A stretch of DNA of 64,000 nt. It comes from Ylistrum balloti. Lineage: Eukaryota. Made by a program: the position numbers and the translations under genes. Where the stretch lies: assembly GCF_031769215.1 (NCBI RefSeq), contig NW_026782263.1:434001-498000 (forward strand). Direction: 5' to 3'. A model generated the notes under the pieces. That model did no database searches, had not been told where the DNA came from, and saw only the letters and a program-made list of their open reading frames with translations. Within the stretch, counting starts at the first letter, position 1, and every line of letters starts with the position of its first letter. This document shows positions 1 through 12,838 of this stretch, piece after piece.

Positions 1-3000
1 ATAGGGTTGTTCGCTCGGATTGTGTAAATCTTTATATCGGAAGAATCCGTTAGATCTCGCCTGTCCGGTCTATCGGGTCTGTCCGGTTTATCGATTAAGC
101 TTGACACTACAATCATAAGATAGGAAATTTTAGTACATGCATATAGTTGCTAAGAGATAAATATGAAAAAGTGTGTAATTACCTGTTTATTCGTTACTTT
201 TCATGTACAGTGAAAAAAGTAATTTCATACGGATGTGGTATCTAATAAATTCGCAAAAATTGAGGGGGAAAAGCTAGGAAAATTAACTTAAGCATCATTT
301 ATCTATTTACAGTAAATCTAAACGATTGCTGAATAACAACTTCCATACCTTAAGGCAATAAATTTTTTCAAGATTTGTGCTATTTACACCGGGCGTATCA
401 TTTCTATGGTCGATATTTGGATATCAAAATGTACCAATTGAAATCTTCCAAGTTTTAATGCCTTGAAATTAATGTCAAATATTCTTTGCGATAACTCAGT
501 ATTGGCATTTATATATAATAAGTTAGATTCAATGTTTTTAAAACTCTTTCAATATGTTTTGTTATACGAAAGAACAAGGGTGTTTAATCGTTTTTTCCCT
601 CTCCCCATGAAACAAAATAAAGCAACAATATTAGGTGATGTACGCATAAGCTTACCAGTCATTAACACAGATTTTTTTTTCAAATTTTGATGAAAAGCAA
701 ACAAGTTTTCATGAATATATCATTCGTGTTTTGGTAAAATTCTGCAATGTTATAATTTGTATACCTTGTATTTCATAAAATTTGTTTCATGAGAAAAAAA
801 CAAAACTGCAGTTAAGCACAAAAGTCATACAATATTATGCAATAGCTTTCAATCTATTTGACAAAGACTGAGAGCAAACACTTCATAAAAAAAAAACGGA
901 AAACAAAACAATAAAAATCTTCAACCAACTAAAATTCCAAACTTTCACCGGGACATTTGTCAACTTTCTTAAGTCTCTATCCATTTTATTGTTTAATAAA
1001 AGCAAATTATTTATTATCATTTAGAATTATCTTTTTCTGATAAGAAACCCAATGCATCCTGATGAGCACGAATATAATGAAATACATCCGGGTTACTCAC
1101 ATAGCAATCTCTGTAAATCCAAATCCGAGGCCCTTCTGCGTAGTGATTGGCTAATTGTTGATGACGTCGACACAAGGACAACGACGCAAAACAATAAAAT
1201 CCTAGCCGACATGGCGCCTTGGTTATGTCTGGTCTGAAAAATAATGACATAAAGCATACATCAAATGGTCAGTATTGACCAATTTGGTCGTATCGTTGAT
1301 TGACCACAGGACGTAGCGAGCAGCGCTTGAGTGACACTTATTAATCTGTTTGCGCTACCTACAGCTAACCCTATACAAGTATGGACGTATGTATTACCCA
1401 ATACAAAATACGTCTTTGTATTGGTCAGTGTTTTATTACAATGTTTACACTTTATGTATAACTCTGTATATACCCCCCTCCTTAACTTAGACTGACCTTG
1501 AGGTTCCCTGACTATATGTTAGTACATACGTACCTAAGGTGTTGGTCATTAGAATTGTATCTACATGTAATCTGCTCTTTGACATTTCCTTTATGCTTAT
1601 CGTTTGCCTACTTTTGGTTTAGGTTACGACAATTCCGAGTTGAAGCTTCCCAACTTCCCAGGAAGACAACCCCGCCGTTCACATTATACTGACAACTGGC
1701 AGACCATCTGTTACAGTACAATTTTGAGCGTTAAAAATTGAGTAGTAGGTATCCTTTTTTAAAGATAATCTGTAATTTCTTGGATCACAAAAAAACGAAC
1801 ACTCAACTATAGGTCACCAGTGAGGCGATGTCAATGAAGAAGAAACAGTAGTACAGAAAGAAAAGAGGAAATTCTAAAATCAGTCTCCTCTAACGAATCA
1901 TGCTGAGATGTATCAGATACAATTCTGACAGCCTACCTGCAAGAATTTCATCTTTTGTAGATTTGGAGAACTAATTATCATTCATAACATATTGCAACAA
2001 TGAAATTAATTATTTTCCATAGCAAAATTTTCATTACGGCTAGAATAAAAATGTAAGTTTTCTTATAATAAAATATACCGTTCTTCTCTACGTTTGTAAA
2101 ATGGAAACAGCGACTAATTCGTTGCTAATTTCAGATAGAGCTCTAACGTGGCTATACCCTTGTATAACCACTTCATGTTGTAATACTTGATATTCTAGAT
2201 ATCGCTGACGGGGTTCATATCTGGTCGAGAGACAACTATTGTTTATATTTAAGACTACTTAAGACCAGGCGTAATTTATCAACAATAATCATTGTATTGA
2301 TAAAAACATTTAAATTAGAATTTTAAAAAGTGTGTTTTTCATTGTAAATTCAGATTTTTTTAACAGAAAGTATATATCTTGGTTATGCAAAAGATTTGTT
2401 TTTCATTTTTTTGTGACGATTTGCTACAATTTCGAAAAAAGCGAAAATCAGATCTCCGCGAAAATAACGGTGTTACAGTATATATGCTATCGAATAGACT
2501 ACCAATGAATATGAATTAGTATATTCACATCATTTTAGCGCCTTGTCAGGCTTAAACAAATTAGTGCAACTATGCATTTACGTATCCACACTCATTGTTG
2601 AACAACATGCAAAGACTGCATTCTACGCATTGATATTTAAGTGAATATTTTCCGGGCTAAAAAGTCCTAAAATAGTATTGCCTCTTAAAATATACGTTTA
2701 CAGAAAATATTTCTTGGCGATATTTTTGTCAATTTACATATGGTCGGTAGAGCTCGAATTCTTTATCATGCGATCATTTAAAAGTAATGTTAATTAATTA
2801 ACTTATTGATTTATACAAACTGTTCTGTTGCTATTTCTTGTTGTTTTTAGCAAGTATTGTAATAACTAAATCATTTATGTCAGTATTAGCACGCCATTAG
2901 TGTGTTTTAAGTCTTCAAGCGAACCAATGACGATGTCACAAAGACAATAACGATGAATAATAAGGTCACTCAAGAGCGTTACTTAGAGTCGTCATACAAA

Positions 3001-5139
3001 GATAACAAACTGGACACGGTGTAATGACATCTCACCTGGTTACATTATACCGACAGCGCACTAAACAGTCCAAAGCGCTCACTAATTTATACGCACACAG
3101 TATCATAACACCTCATCCGGTTACATTATACCGACAGTGGTGCCTTTTTAGACAAGAGAAAAGTTGTCAGGGACAACTGTCTATAAACTATTATGGTACT
3201 GCAAACGTCGTGAATAATAGCTTCACCTTGGTGACCATGACGCTGTAAGGGTAAAGTAAGCATGCATTCCTCCTAGAAGACGAGTATTCAGAAATGTTTT
3301 CGGTGATCAGTCACAGAAAATGGGCAGTGGCATATTAAACATGAAATTTTCTGCCTACAATTGTCAACTGATGCAATAATATGAGTCGTTCTTGTTTTTC
3401 TTTGGCTTCTTTTTGAAATAGCGCATACAGCCTTAATGTTGTCGATCATGACGTCATTTTGATGTAGCGCGAACGATAACTGTTTAAGCCTCCACATATA
3501 TCTACTGCGAGAACTTTTCGACGCCTTACTTTGAATGAAGCATTAAGAAAAACTGGATTGTTTTTTTCATCGCGAAACTACATTCATGAATTCTTTGAAA
3601 TGAAAGTGAACGACAAAAGATTTTGATCTGAACAAATACCTAAATATTTCTTTACCTATTTGGGTCAAATCAAGCTACATAAAACTGTAAAGGCGTCCAT
3701 AGACAAAGAGTTTCAAATCTTTATCTATGTACATTTGAATTAATCAGGCTAATCATGGTGTATTGCGATCACTACATCATAAATGGTATCAGTTTAGTTT
3801 ATAGTACCGTACATTCGATAGGCGCTGATACATTATCATTCATCATAATTATCCTCAATATTCCTAATTATTAAATAGACACAATTTAGCTCAGACGCAA
3901 ACGTCTGAAAATAATAATAAAACTGAAGAACACGAACTTTTAAACACGTTAAATAAATCCAATAGTTATACCAAATTAGTATTCAATTATACCAAATTTG
4001 TTACAAATGTTATCCTGTCTTACCTGGTACTGAGTGGCCGGTCTGGAGCGGTACTGGCAGTGGTGTGAACCGTACCATTATATATACAGTCATATCTAGG
4101 CAAACGTATTTTAATGGTTCTGTTTATTGGACGCCTTCGCACCCAATACTGAACGAAAACACCTAGTAGGCGGGCATGCATGGTTTGCGTAGTGTCATGT
4201 TGATATACATTTTATTATTTAAATCTGTGCCTATATGCTGGTAGTCATAACACCTATGACGGAAGCGATAAATTATCAGTAAACGTGTTCGTTCTAACGT
4301 ACACATAACATGTGTAATTGCTCCTAAAGCGTACACGGCGAATTCGTATCTCCGTATATTTATATCTTACTGTGTATATATTATCTTGGGGCTAGTGTAT
4401 TATATCGGGATTAGGACATTTACTTTATCGGTCAGGATAAAAGACAACCTCAAAACTAAGATGACAGGACAATTGAATGACAAGCAAACTCTATACAAAG
4501 ATAATGCCATCAGTCAAAAGTTTGAGGAATTTTGAATAGCATTTCGTCAAGGGAAATAACTAGTTACTACAAAAACGTGAGTAGTATATGGTAAATCAGC
4601 ATTGTTCTACCAAATATTAAATTATAAGCTACAAAGTGATCTGTAACCTAAAACGTGTCTGCGTGTGCAAAATACTGCACACATTTTGAAGAAGTACGTA
4701 GGAAACATTCGAGGTAGGGACAATGAAAGGTCTTCGATAACGTAAAGTATGTTCCTAAACAATCCAAAAATTTGTCTTTCAGTAGGAAATAACAATGCTG
4801 TGTAAAAGAGATGTTTAAGACATTTTTAATAAAGTTTTCTCTCACAAACATCGTCTGGTTCTCAAGCTATCAAGGCCCTAGTCATGCCATCAAAAAGTTC
4901 GGGTTCATTTCGGTAAGATTCGCATGTCTGAATCAATACATGACCCTTGCAGCTATACAACGTCACAAAGCAGCCAATTAGAATATATTACCTTATCAGA
5001 CAATGGTATACATACATGTCACGTGTTCAAACTCGATGAATATCGAAATTCAATGCACGTGTTTGTAAGTAAAACTTAGCTGTGAAATATGTGTCCGACT
5101 TGCATCTTATGTTCTGATATTCAAATTCCATTCATGCTA

Positions 5140-5142
<3 letters not shown>

Positions 5143-5219
<77 letters not shown>
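5143..5219. repeat. (TC)n microsatellite, about 38 units
   Basis: Uninterrupted tctctc run. Confidence 0.98.
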
Positions 5220-5222
<3 letters not shown>

Positions 5223-5499
5223 GTAATGATAATACTTGCTGACTATCTACGTTCTCTCAGAGTTACACATTTCGATGTATTTTTTGTTGAATCGGCGTTT
5301 CTTTTCTTCGCCAGCTTCTAGTATATATGTATCCTGTTGTTTGCTGATTTCTCTCCCGATATTAAACAACTTTGGCTATCAATAAAACAAAGGTAAATGT
5401 ATTTATGATTTTAATATATATATAGGCTTGATTTTTCTTTATTCATTTTTTGTTTCCTAATATATTAATGAATTGTGAAGCAAATAGTAATCATTTTTA

Positions 5500-5700
5500 A
5501 TGGTTTGGTTGCGTTGTTGTATACTTTGTTCTCATTTGGGAACGTCACATAACTAACTTGGATTGACCAAGGTTTACATGGTGGCTGTCGTCGATGAAGC
5601 AGAAGACGCTTACTCTTCCAGAGCACCTGGTCTTAATATCTTTGTGGCTTAACAGGATTTTCCATGTAAATATTGTGTTTGCTCTTTTGTCCTGGCTTTA
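5500..5700 (+). mobile_element. Solo 3' tail fragment of the Penelope-like element family
   Basis: ctcatttg...ttgaccaaggttt.catgg.gg.tgtcgtcgatgaagcagaagacgctt.ctcttcc matches the reverse complement of 13985-14160, the tail of the long RT-bearing copy. Confidence 0.8.
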
Positions 5701-7202
5701 TTGAAATATAAGTTTAGATTATGCTTTTGTTCAAATGTTGATATTTTCTTGTTGTTTCTGTTTCGTTAGTTAAAAACACGGATATCTGTTTTTTAGTAAA
5801 GCCTGCAAAATAAGCAGGCAACACACGACTCATCATACCAACATATGGCATGTGTAGAATGTTTGGGTTGGTAGGGCTGCTTAATTGTTTTCCTAAACAT
5901 GAAACATTTTTGTTTACTTTTGCGGAGATATAAATGGTGAAGAGCTGGGAAAAGAATCGCAATATTTCATTTACAGAATAGACTTTCTGAAATCATAACA
6001 AACGTATTGATTCATTTATAATGTTTATTGATTATAAAGTAATATATCATTAATTATTCGTCTCTTAAGTGCGATAAATTGTTCAACTGCAAATATTTAG
6101 GTTTTGTACACTTGTTTTTATTACGACATCAAAACCTCTGTCAACAGAATAGGCAATATTTAAATATATATTTTTTAACGAAAAGGTTTTCTTTTGCTAT
6201 ATAGAATCTAATAAAGTCATGTCATATTCAATTAATGGTTCATTATCACAGAGGTCTATTGAAACATGAAAATCGTCAACACAAATGTGTCAATCATGCC
6301 AATAAAATGCGTTAAGTTTAGATGAGTTAATCCGCCATTTTCTCAGTTACGGTTGTCTCCCTTGACATCGGGTCTTTATTGCCTCGTGACCTTGTAAGAC
6401 ATCATGTTGGGTTGTTGCTATAAAACAGAGTCACATGTTTTTATCATTACTTACATGTGTCGTATCTGTTGATTATATATGTACATCGTATTTATCATAT
6501 ACACGTACCATTGGGGTAAATAATCTATGGTAGCATTATAGACGTATATCTCTGTACTATAAAAAGCAGACTTCTTAATGTTGCTAAAATAAAACAAAGC
6601 ATTGTTTCTGTGTCACTTTCTCAACAGCGGAAGAGAAGACATCAAATCACTACATAACAGAATGCTTTTTATTTGTATATTTTTTACATAATATACGAAA
6701 AAAAAGTTTTCATCTAGGCCGGAGAAAGGGAATTTTTCGTTCTATCAATGTGAGGTTGCAATATTGAACGCAATGATTTTATCTTGCCCAGAACAACAAT
6801 TTTTTATATATGTTTTATGTGATTAGATTTCGGACATATTCCTCGAGTCATGTTCAAACATATTCCCACGGAGCCGAGTTTGCCTTGAAAGTCTTTTTGA
6901 AATGAAAGAATTCGTTAAACAGTAAGAGAAACACTGACCAAGGACGGGTTTACAACATTGTGTATCATTTTCATCTGAAGGGGTTTTATTTTGTTTCAAG
7001 TCATAAGTACATTACAATTTGTTTTCAAGAAGCAAATAGATAAAAACGAAAAAGAAAGAAATAAAGAAGGAAAGAAATGTCAGACATCAGATCTTAGATC
7101 AAGAAATAATGTTCTTTTTATAATTTTTAATTTATCTGCCTTCTTAATGTATGGTTTTATATGTATGAGAGGGTGTGGAAAAGGGTGTATGTATGTGTTT
7201 TA

Positions 7203-7212
7203 ATGATGACGA

Positions 7213-7282
<70 letters not shown>
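7203..7282. repeat. Compound trinucleotide microsatellite (GCT)n(GAT)n
   Basis: Direct reading; it explains the poly-Ser/poly-Ala of ORF 7144..7386. Confidence 0.97.
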
Positions 7283-7284
<2 letters not shown>

Positions 7285-8137
7285 AAGAATGCATAGATAA
7301 TGATGATAATAATTTTGGATGTGTGAGTCTTGTTTACTATATATGTTTATATGAAAACCTTTCAAACATAAATAAATACAAAGCAAACTTTAATACATTT
7401 CAAAAACAAACAAACAAAACAAAAAATCTGTCTCAACAATTAAGTTGTGGTAAACTATTCGGAGTTAATTGTGTCAAAGAAATAAATGGTTTACGGTTCA
7501 TTGCACAGAAGGCGGGAAAGACTTTGACGGATTTTACACTGAAATTGGGAAATAATGACAAGCAAAGTGCAACCATATTAAATCTAAAAACACCTACTAT
7601 ACATTATTGGTTCGAAAGCATCCATTGATTCATGTAGCTTCTTTTACTGAGGAAAAACAATAAATCTGTTCACGTCAATGTGTTGACTTTATACAACGAC
7701 ATCGAATTTATCACTAAGTTATCGACACTGATATGTACAAATGGGATTTGTCAATCAACGCTGTAATGCCGTAGTTGAAGGGTTTCCGTAAACACAGTGA
7801 TATAGATTTATTGTCATATTTAGGTCTGAGAAACTTGCCTACGTCTACGGTTATCAAAGTTTTATCAAAGTCAGCTCTATCTTTAAATGTTTGTCTTACA
7901 TTGTAAAGTTGATAAAGACAAATACTAATGTTGGCAATATCACAGTGAAAAAAATCTAGTTATAAATATAATAATGTCTTATTGAATAAAAATAATATTG
8001 AAATGAAAAAAAACTTTAGGCAATGCATATATTCCTGAATACATTACAAGTGGTATATATGCATTATGGTGCAACGCCTGTTTTGTTCTGTTTGAATAGC
8101 AAAATATTTGCCGCAAAACTTTGCCGCAAATATATAC

Positions 8138-8455
8138 ATCACTGAGGTCACTAGTCAGTATAGTGTATAACTAACAAATATCACTGAGGTTACTAGTCAG
8201 TATAGTGTATAACTAACAAATATCACTGAGGTCACTAGTCAGTATCGTGTGTAACTAACAAATATCACTGAGGTCACTAGTCAATATCATGTATAACTAA
8301 CAAATATCACTGAGGTCAGTAGTCAGTATCGTGTATAACTAACAAATATCACTGAGGTCAGTATCGTGTGTAACTAACGAATATCACTGAGGTCACTAGT
8401 CAGTATCGTGTGTAACTAACAAATATCACTGAGGTCACTAGTCAGTATGGTGTGT
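8138..8455. repeat. 42-bp minisatellite, about 7.7 units
   Basis: Unit atcactgaggtcactagtcagtatagtgtataactaacaaat. tcactgagg starts at 8139, 8181, 8223, 8265, 8307, 8349, 8384 (preceding unit 7 bp short) and 8426. Confidence 0.97.
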
Positions 8456-10249
8456 ATCATTTAGATGAAGTGATGCACTAGCCCCTTGCTTAACTTAAAA
8501 TTGTAATCTTCCATAATTCTGTAATTTATATTAAGTTAGCTTACTCCATCCAACCACTTAACAGTAGTACTCTTCATCTTGATACATAAATCGCCATATT
8601 GTATGAACTTTGTAATTGAGTGATGAAATAACGGAGACAAAAATCTCCATCCTATAATCAATAGTCTAACACGAAATATGTATATACTTCCGACTGCTTT
8701 AGATGTGATGACAAATGTTTGATGCATTCTGTAGAAGACGGCACCAAAACGGAACTTGGCAAATATGTTGCATTGGTGAGCATTGCAGATGTTCTATTTG
8801 TCACTCGATGTATGGTTCAGGCAAAAGGAATTAATAGAATTTAACTTTTTTATGGAGTGTGATGTTTTGTATCTAATATTTCTTGTTTATATTCAATTTT
8901 TCATTGAAATCAGAGAAGAATATAGATAACTAGTTGGATGCTATGATACATTTTCTGGAATAACAAACAGACACATATATGATATACATATGTAGTTCAG
9001 ACATTTGTTGTGTTGTATAAGCGGCATGTGCACTATAAAGTTGTCCCACTTCAGGCATCTAGTGATTAATATATCACCTTTTATCGGCATGATCAAAGCA
9101 AACATACAGGTAGGTCAAATAAAAGGTATACATGTCTGCTTGTTTATGTACGTTTGATTACAGAATTAGCAAAAGGTGTAAACATGTTCCGGAACTTCCC
9201 GTCTCCCTTTTTGACTGTTAATGCTATCCGGGAGCAACGTGGACAGGATCGGTGAGGTCAGCGTTAGAGATAAATGTTCTTTGTGTTGTTTATTGCTAAA
9301 CCATCCAATATCGGTCACATTATTCTATTCCCTTTTTTCATACTGAAATTTCATGTATCTGTTACTTTAAGTCACAATATTTCTATGTTTTCAAAACTAC
9401 CATTCATCAAATATGAAGAAGTGTTTAGTGTAAAACGCAGGTAAATCCAAGGTAAAAATCCAGGTTAAGGAAGACAGCTTATATGAAATGGTTTATAATC
9501 GACTTGCCATTGTTCCCTAAAACAACATTTTCCAATTGTTTAAAAACAAAGTTGGCGTTCAGAGAATCATCAATTCAATTAGTTTAGTCTGTAAGTCATA
9601 CGACTTATCAGATGAAGTACACAATATCTATACATATTAACATGTTAAACACACTAACGATGTCCCTTCCATAAGCCATTTGTGGTCAACGAAATCATTG
9701 GATTAGTTATATAGTTCAGCAAGGTCCTGGATCCTGACCGTCTTATGGTAATAGATGGAGGAGAACAACAGTTAGCATGCAACTGACAATTAGCCAAGTG
9801 AAAACGGAATAAAAATGTGAAATTATCTTGTAATGTTATCAAAATGGTTGCGCTCTTGCAAAAAAGTCAGGAGGTAGCTTATTAATAACATTCATATTGT
9901 CCATTAAACAAAACTTCATTGGCTTTGACTAGAAAAGGATTTGAATTTGTTTTGTTGAGGAAGTTAAACTATTTTATAGTCAAATTTTATTGCTACTGAT
10001 GAGATTCTTGTCATGTAATTTATCACGACTTTGACCTCGGCCTGTCAAATAGAATGCTCTTTTCTAAATATAGCAATGATTGATCCTGTCAATGAAGGAA
10101 AGGAACCGCAATGAAGCATTTTCTTTAATTTGCCTAAATTCCTTCCTAAAGTATCAAATAAAGATTAATGTATGCTAATATGAACATTGCTTGTAACAAT
10201 TTCGCTATTTTACAAGAAGAAGTTTGAAGCTGTATTTGTTTTGGTTGGT

Positions 10250-10346
10250 TGGTTTGATTGGTTGGTTGGTTAACAGGTTTTCCGTCTCCATGACTCCTTC
10301 TGTTGCCGGGTATCGCCCCACCGACGGTCATCAGTGTTCTGGTGAC
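10250..10346 (-). repeat. Dispersed short repeat with a degenerate hammerhead-like core; second copy at about 49375-49450 (+)
   Basis: ggttggtt.acagg.ttt..gtctcc.tga.tcct.ctgttg.cgggt.tcg...tcagtg.tctggtgac aligns with the reverse complement of 49376-49450, which has an internal deletion of about 15 nt. Confidence 0.75.
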
Positions 10347-11059
10347 GTCGAAGCCATATTTCCGCCCGAAGTAAACTTTTGTGACGGTGTTATTTCTGAG
10401 ATAAGTTTTGTATTTATTCCAACGGAATACTGAATGAAAAACCTGAAAGTCTGTTAATATCTGTTACTGGTAATCCCGAACAGTTGTTCGTTGGTTAAAA
10501 AAGTCACTGATATCTACTGATGTGCGAAAAATATGAAAATATATCACCAGAACATCGTTAAAAGCTGTTCCTATGATATATAGTTGGTTGATGAAAGAAA
10601 CAAAAATGCATTTCAGATAAACCAACATTTTATTTTTATCACAACACACTAAAACCAATGGAAATCAGAGATGTCACTTCCGTATTCTTGGGAGAACAAG
10701 GCTTAGTAACCTCCCATACCTGTAAAATAGGGGAAAATAATAGATTTAGAAAGTAATAATTACAATGACACAAATATGTATTAAAATCCGACATCTTTAG
10801 ATGGGACTATACTCATCTTAGAAATCAATAATATGCACGCACTTTACCGTTATCGATCAGCAATTAGCTGACATACCTGTCTGTCATAGATCACTATCTC
10901 CCCATTACATTATTTAGCAAATCTTATCTGTATGCAATTCTCTATGTGAATGAGATTGGAAATGAAAGCATTTTGGCAATGCCATACAATTGTTTTAGCA
11001 CGACATATATAAATTAAAACTTAATTTTAGAATAACCACTAGTTCAACATGAAGTTAAA

Positions 11060-11482
11060 TCAAATCTTACCAAATTTCTTTCCTGATCCGAATCCGGATC
11101 CTCCAATGATGAATCCATTGTTTCCACCGTATCCCTTACTGATGCCGCCGTATCCACCACCATATCCTCCACCAATGATGAGACCACCATTTCCAATTCC
11201 GGATCCGTAACCACCGTATCCCTTGGATACGATCATTCTCCTTCCGTAACCTTTGCCATACCCTCCGTAGCCTTTTCCGTATCCCCCGTAGCCTCCGATA
11301 GAAATGCCTCCCTTGTATCCCCCGTAACCTCCACTGTAGTATGACGGTCCTCCATATGACCCGTATCCATGGCCTATTCCATGTCCAATGCCGATCCCAA
11401 TTCCTCCGTTATATTCATCATTGTCATACCACTGAGCCATGGCGCCAGCCAAACACACAGCAAGAACGGCAAACTTCAGCAT
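11060..11482 (-). CDS. Secreted glycine/tyrosine-rich structural protein, 140 aa (shematrin-like composition); single coding exon
   Basis: Signal-peptide-like MLKFAVLAVCLAGAMA followed by GGY/GYG/GIG repeats. Splice acceptor ttttcctacag lies 15 nt upstream of the ATG (exon starts at 11497). Confidence 0.92.
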   Translation of the reverse strand: MLKFAVLAVCLAGAMAQWYDNDEYNGGIGIGIGHGIGHGYGSYGGPSYYSGGYGGYKGGISIGGYGGYGKGYGGYGKGYGRRMIVSKGYGGYGSGIGNGGLIIGGGYGGGYGGISKGYGGNNGFIIGGSGFGSGKKFGKI

Positions 11483-12171
11483 GATTGCGGCGTATATCTG
11501 TAGGAAAAATATATATCGAACGGTTACAGACGAATCTACTAGCTGTAGAATTCTACGTTTCCAACACGAAATTCGGCAAAAGCTAGATCAAAGGAATGCC
11601 TTATCTTTGAATCTGGTCATAAGTCGGTTTTGAGATAAAAAGTAAGGATGTTCTGTTTAATTCAAGAAGTAGATATACAGTAAAGTGAAAAGCAGATTCT
11701 TTAAAGTCGTAGAAAGTTATATTCCAGAACTATACTACATCTTTTCTAAGGTAAATAAATTGATACTATATATACTCATATATATCTAGGGAATGATATC
11801 AATGTTTTAGAATCCAACATCAATAATTCTCAAGTAAGTTTATCCAAAACGAATCAACAGTTTTCTAATACGTACGTACGATAGATATGGCAGGTTCGAA
11901 CAACAAAGCATATGATTGACTTTAGACAAGCTTTCTGTTATACATTGTTCCGCTCGATTAATATATCTAGGCTCGATAGTTTCCGTATTTCTTTTTTTTA
12001 CGGAAAGTGCCGACAGTTTCTGATCATACTTACTGTAGTATTTATGCAGAATTCGAGAATGTGTAAATGAATTGGTTGTATATTTCTTACATTTACTAAG
12101 ATTCTAATTTTTGTCTGCTTGAAGAGAAACCCGAGTAGATGTCGTTAAGTAAGAAAACAAGAACCACTTAC

Positions 12172-12258
12172 CTCGCTTTGGAAAACGGAAAAGATTGTGA
12201 GCTCCTGATTCGTAGATGGAAACGAATGACAACTGTTGCAAATCACGACTCTTATATA
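12172..12258 (-). promoter_or_regulatory. TATA box, initiator and non-coding first exon of the Gly/Tyr-rich protein gene
   Basis: On the - strand: TATATAA at 12258-12252, TCATTC initiator with A at 12227 (31 nt downstream of the TATA start), and donor GAG|GTAAGT at 12172/12171. Intron is 12171-11498. Confidence 0.75.
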
Positions 12259-12668
12259 GAGATTCCGAAATTCTGTAGCAAGCCATGTTTCAATAAAAAT
12301 GACATATAACTGTAACACTGTATGCGTACTGGTTGTTACGTAAGCGGCCCTCAGGGGAACGTCACCATTGTGCTTACGGTATATGACAATAAGACCACAG
12401 AGAGAAACTACGGGACGAAGACAGGCGAGAGGACATAAGATGTCATTATACTGATTACGGGCTGTGCATATGTGATTATCATTTGTCAGTTATACGAGTG
12501 ATTGCCATTTTATCCCTGCGTCATGGTAATAGTAGCTCGACTTTGGTTGCGTAAGGAATGGGGTAATAAAAAGAATAGGTGAGAGAAAGGTCAAATTATT
12601 ATACAACGTAAATCCCATATGTCATGAAGACTAAGTAACTATGTTATTAGTCGGTAGCTTTGCAATAC

Positions 12669-12838
12669 CTAGCCCCAGTATCATGATTTTCCTCAACTTA
12701 AAAGATTCTCATAAAAACATGAGTTAAGAAAAAACTTAAATCTAAGGATGTTTCCTTAAATTATGTAATGCTTTCCTATGGACATTTTAAGTAAGGAAAC
12801 TTTCTCAAGAAAATGAATATTGATAAATCTGGGGCTAG
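12669..12838. mobile_element. 170-bp MITE-like element
   Basis: Perfect 10-bp terminal inverted repeat ctagccccag / ctggggctag, with imperfect continuation inward. Confidence 0.6.

Noticed and set aside
1058-1095. CTGATGA...GAAA at 1.06 kb, and similar strings at about 27235 and 35535
   Set aside because: No pairable stem II or III. The 27.2 and 35.5 kb strings are not retained in the duplicate copy.
1398-1424. Perfect 10-bp hairpin ccaatacaaa/tttgtattgg
   Set aside because: Isolated and AT-rich, with no associated feature; within chance expectation for 64 kb.
3031-3137. 26-bp imperfect direct repeat 81 bp apart
   Set aside because: Only two copies and no context; treated as a local duplication.
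7144-7386. ORF with poly-Ser/poly-Ala
   Set aside because: It is the translation of a trinucleotide microsatellite.
8138-8455. CRISPR-like regular repeat
   Set aside because: Units are contiguous near-identical copies with no unique spacers, the context is eukaryotic and there are no cas genes.
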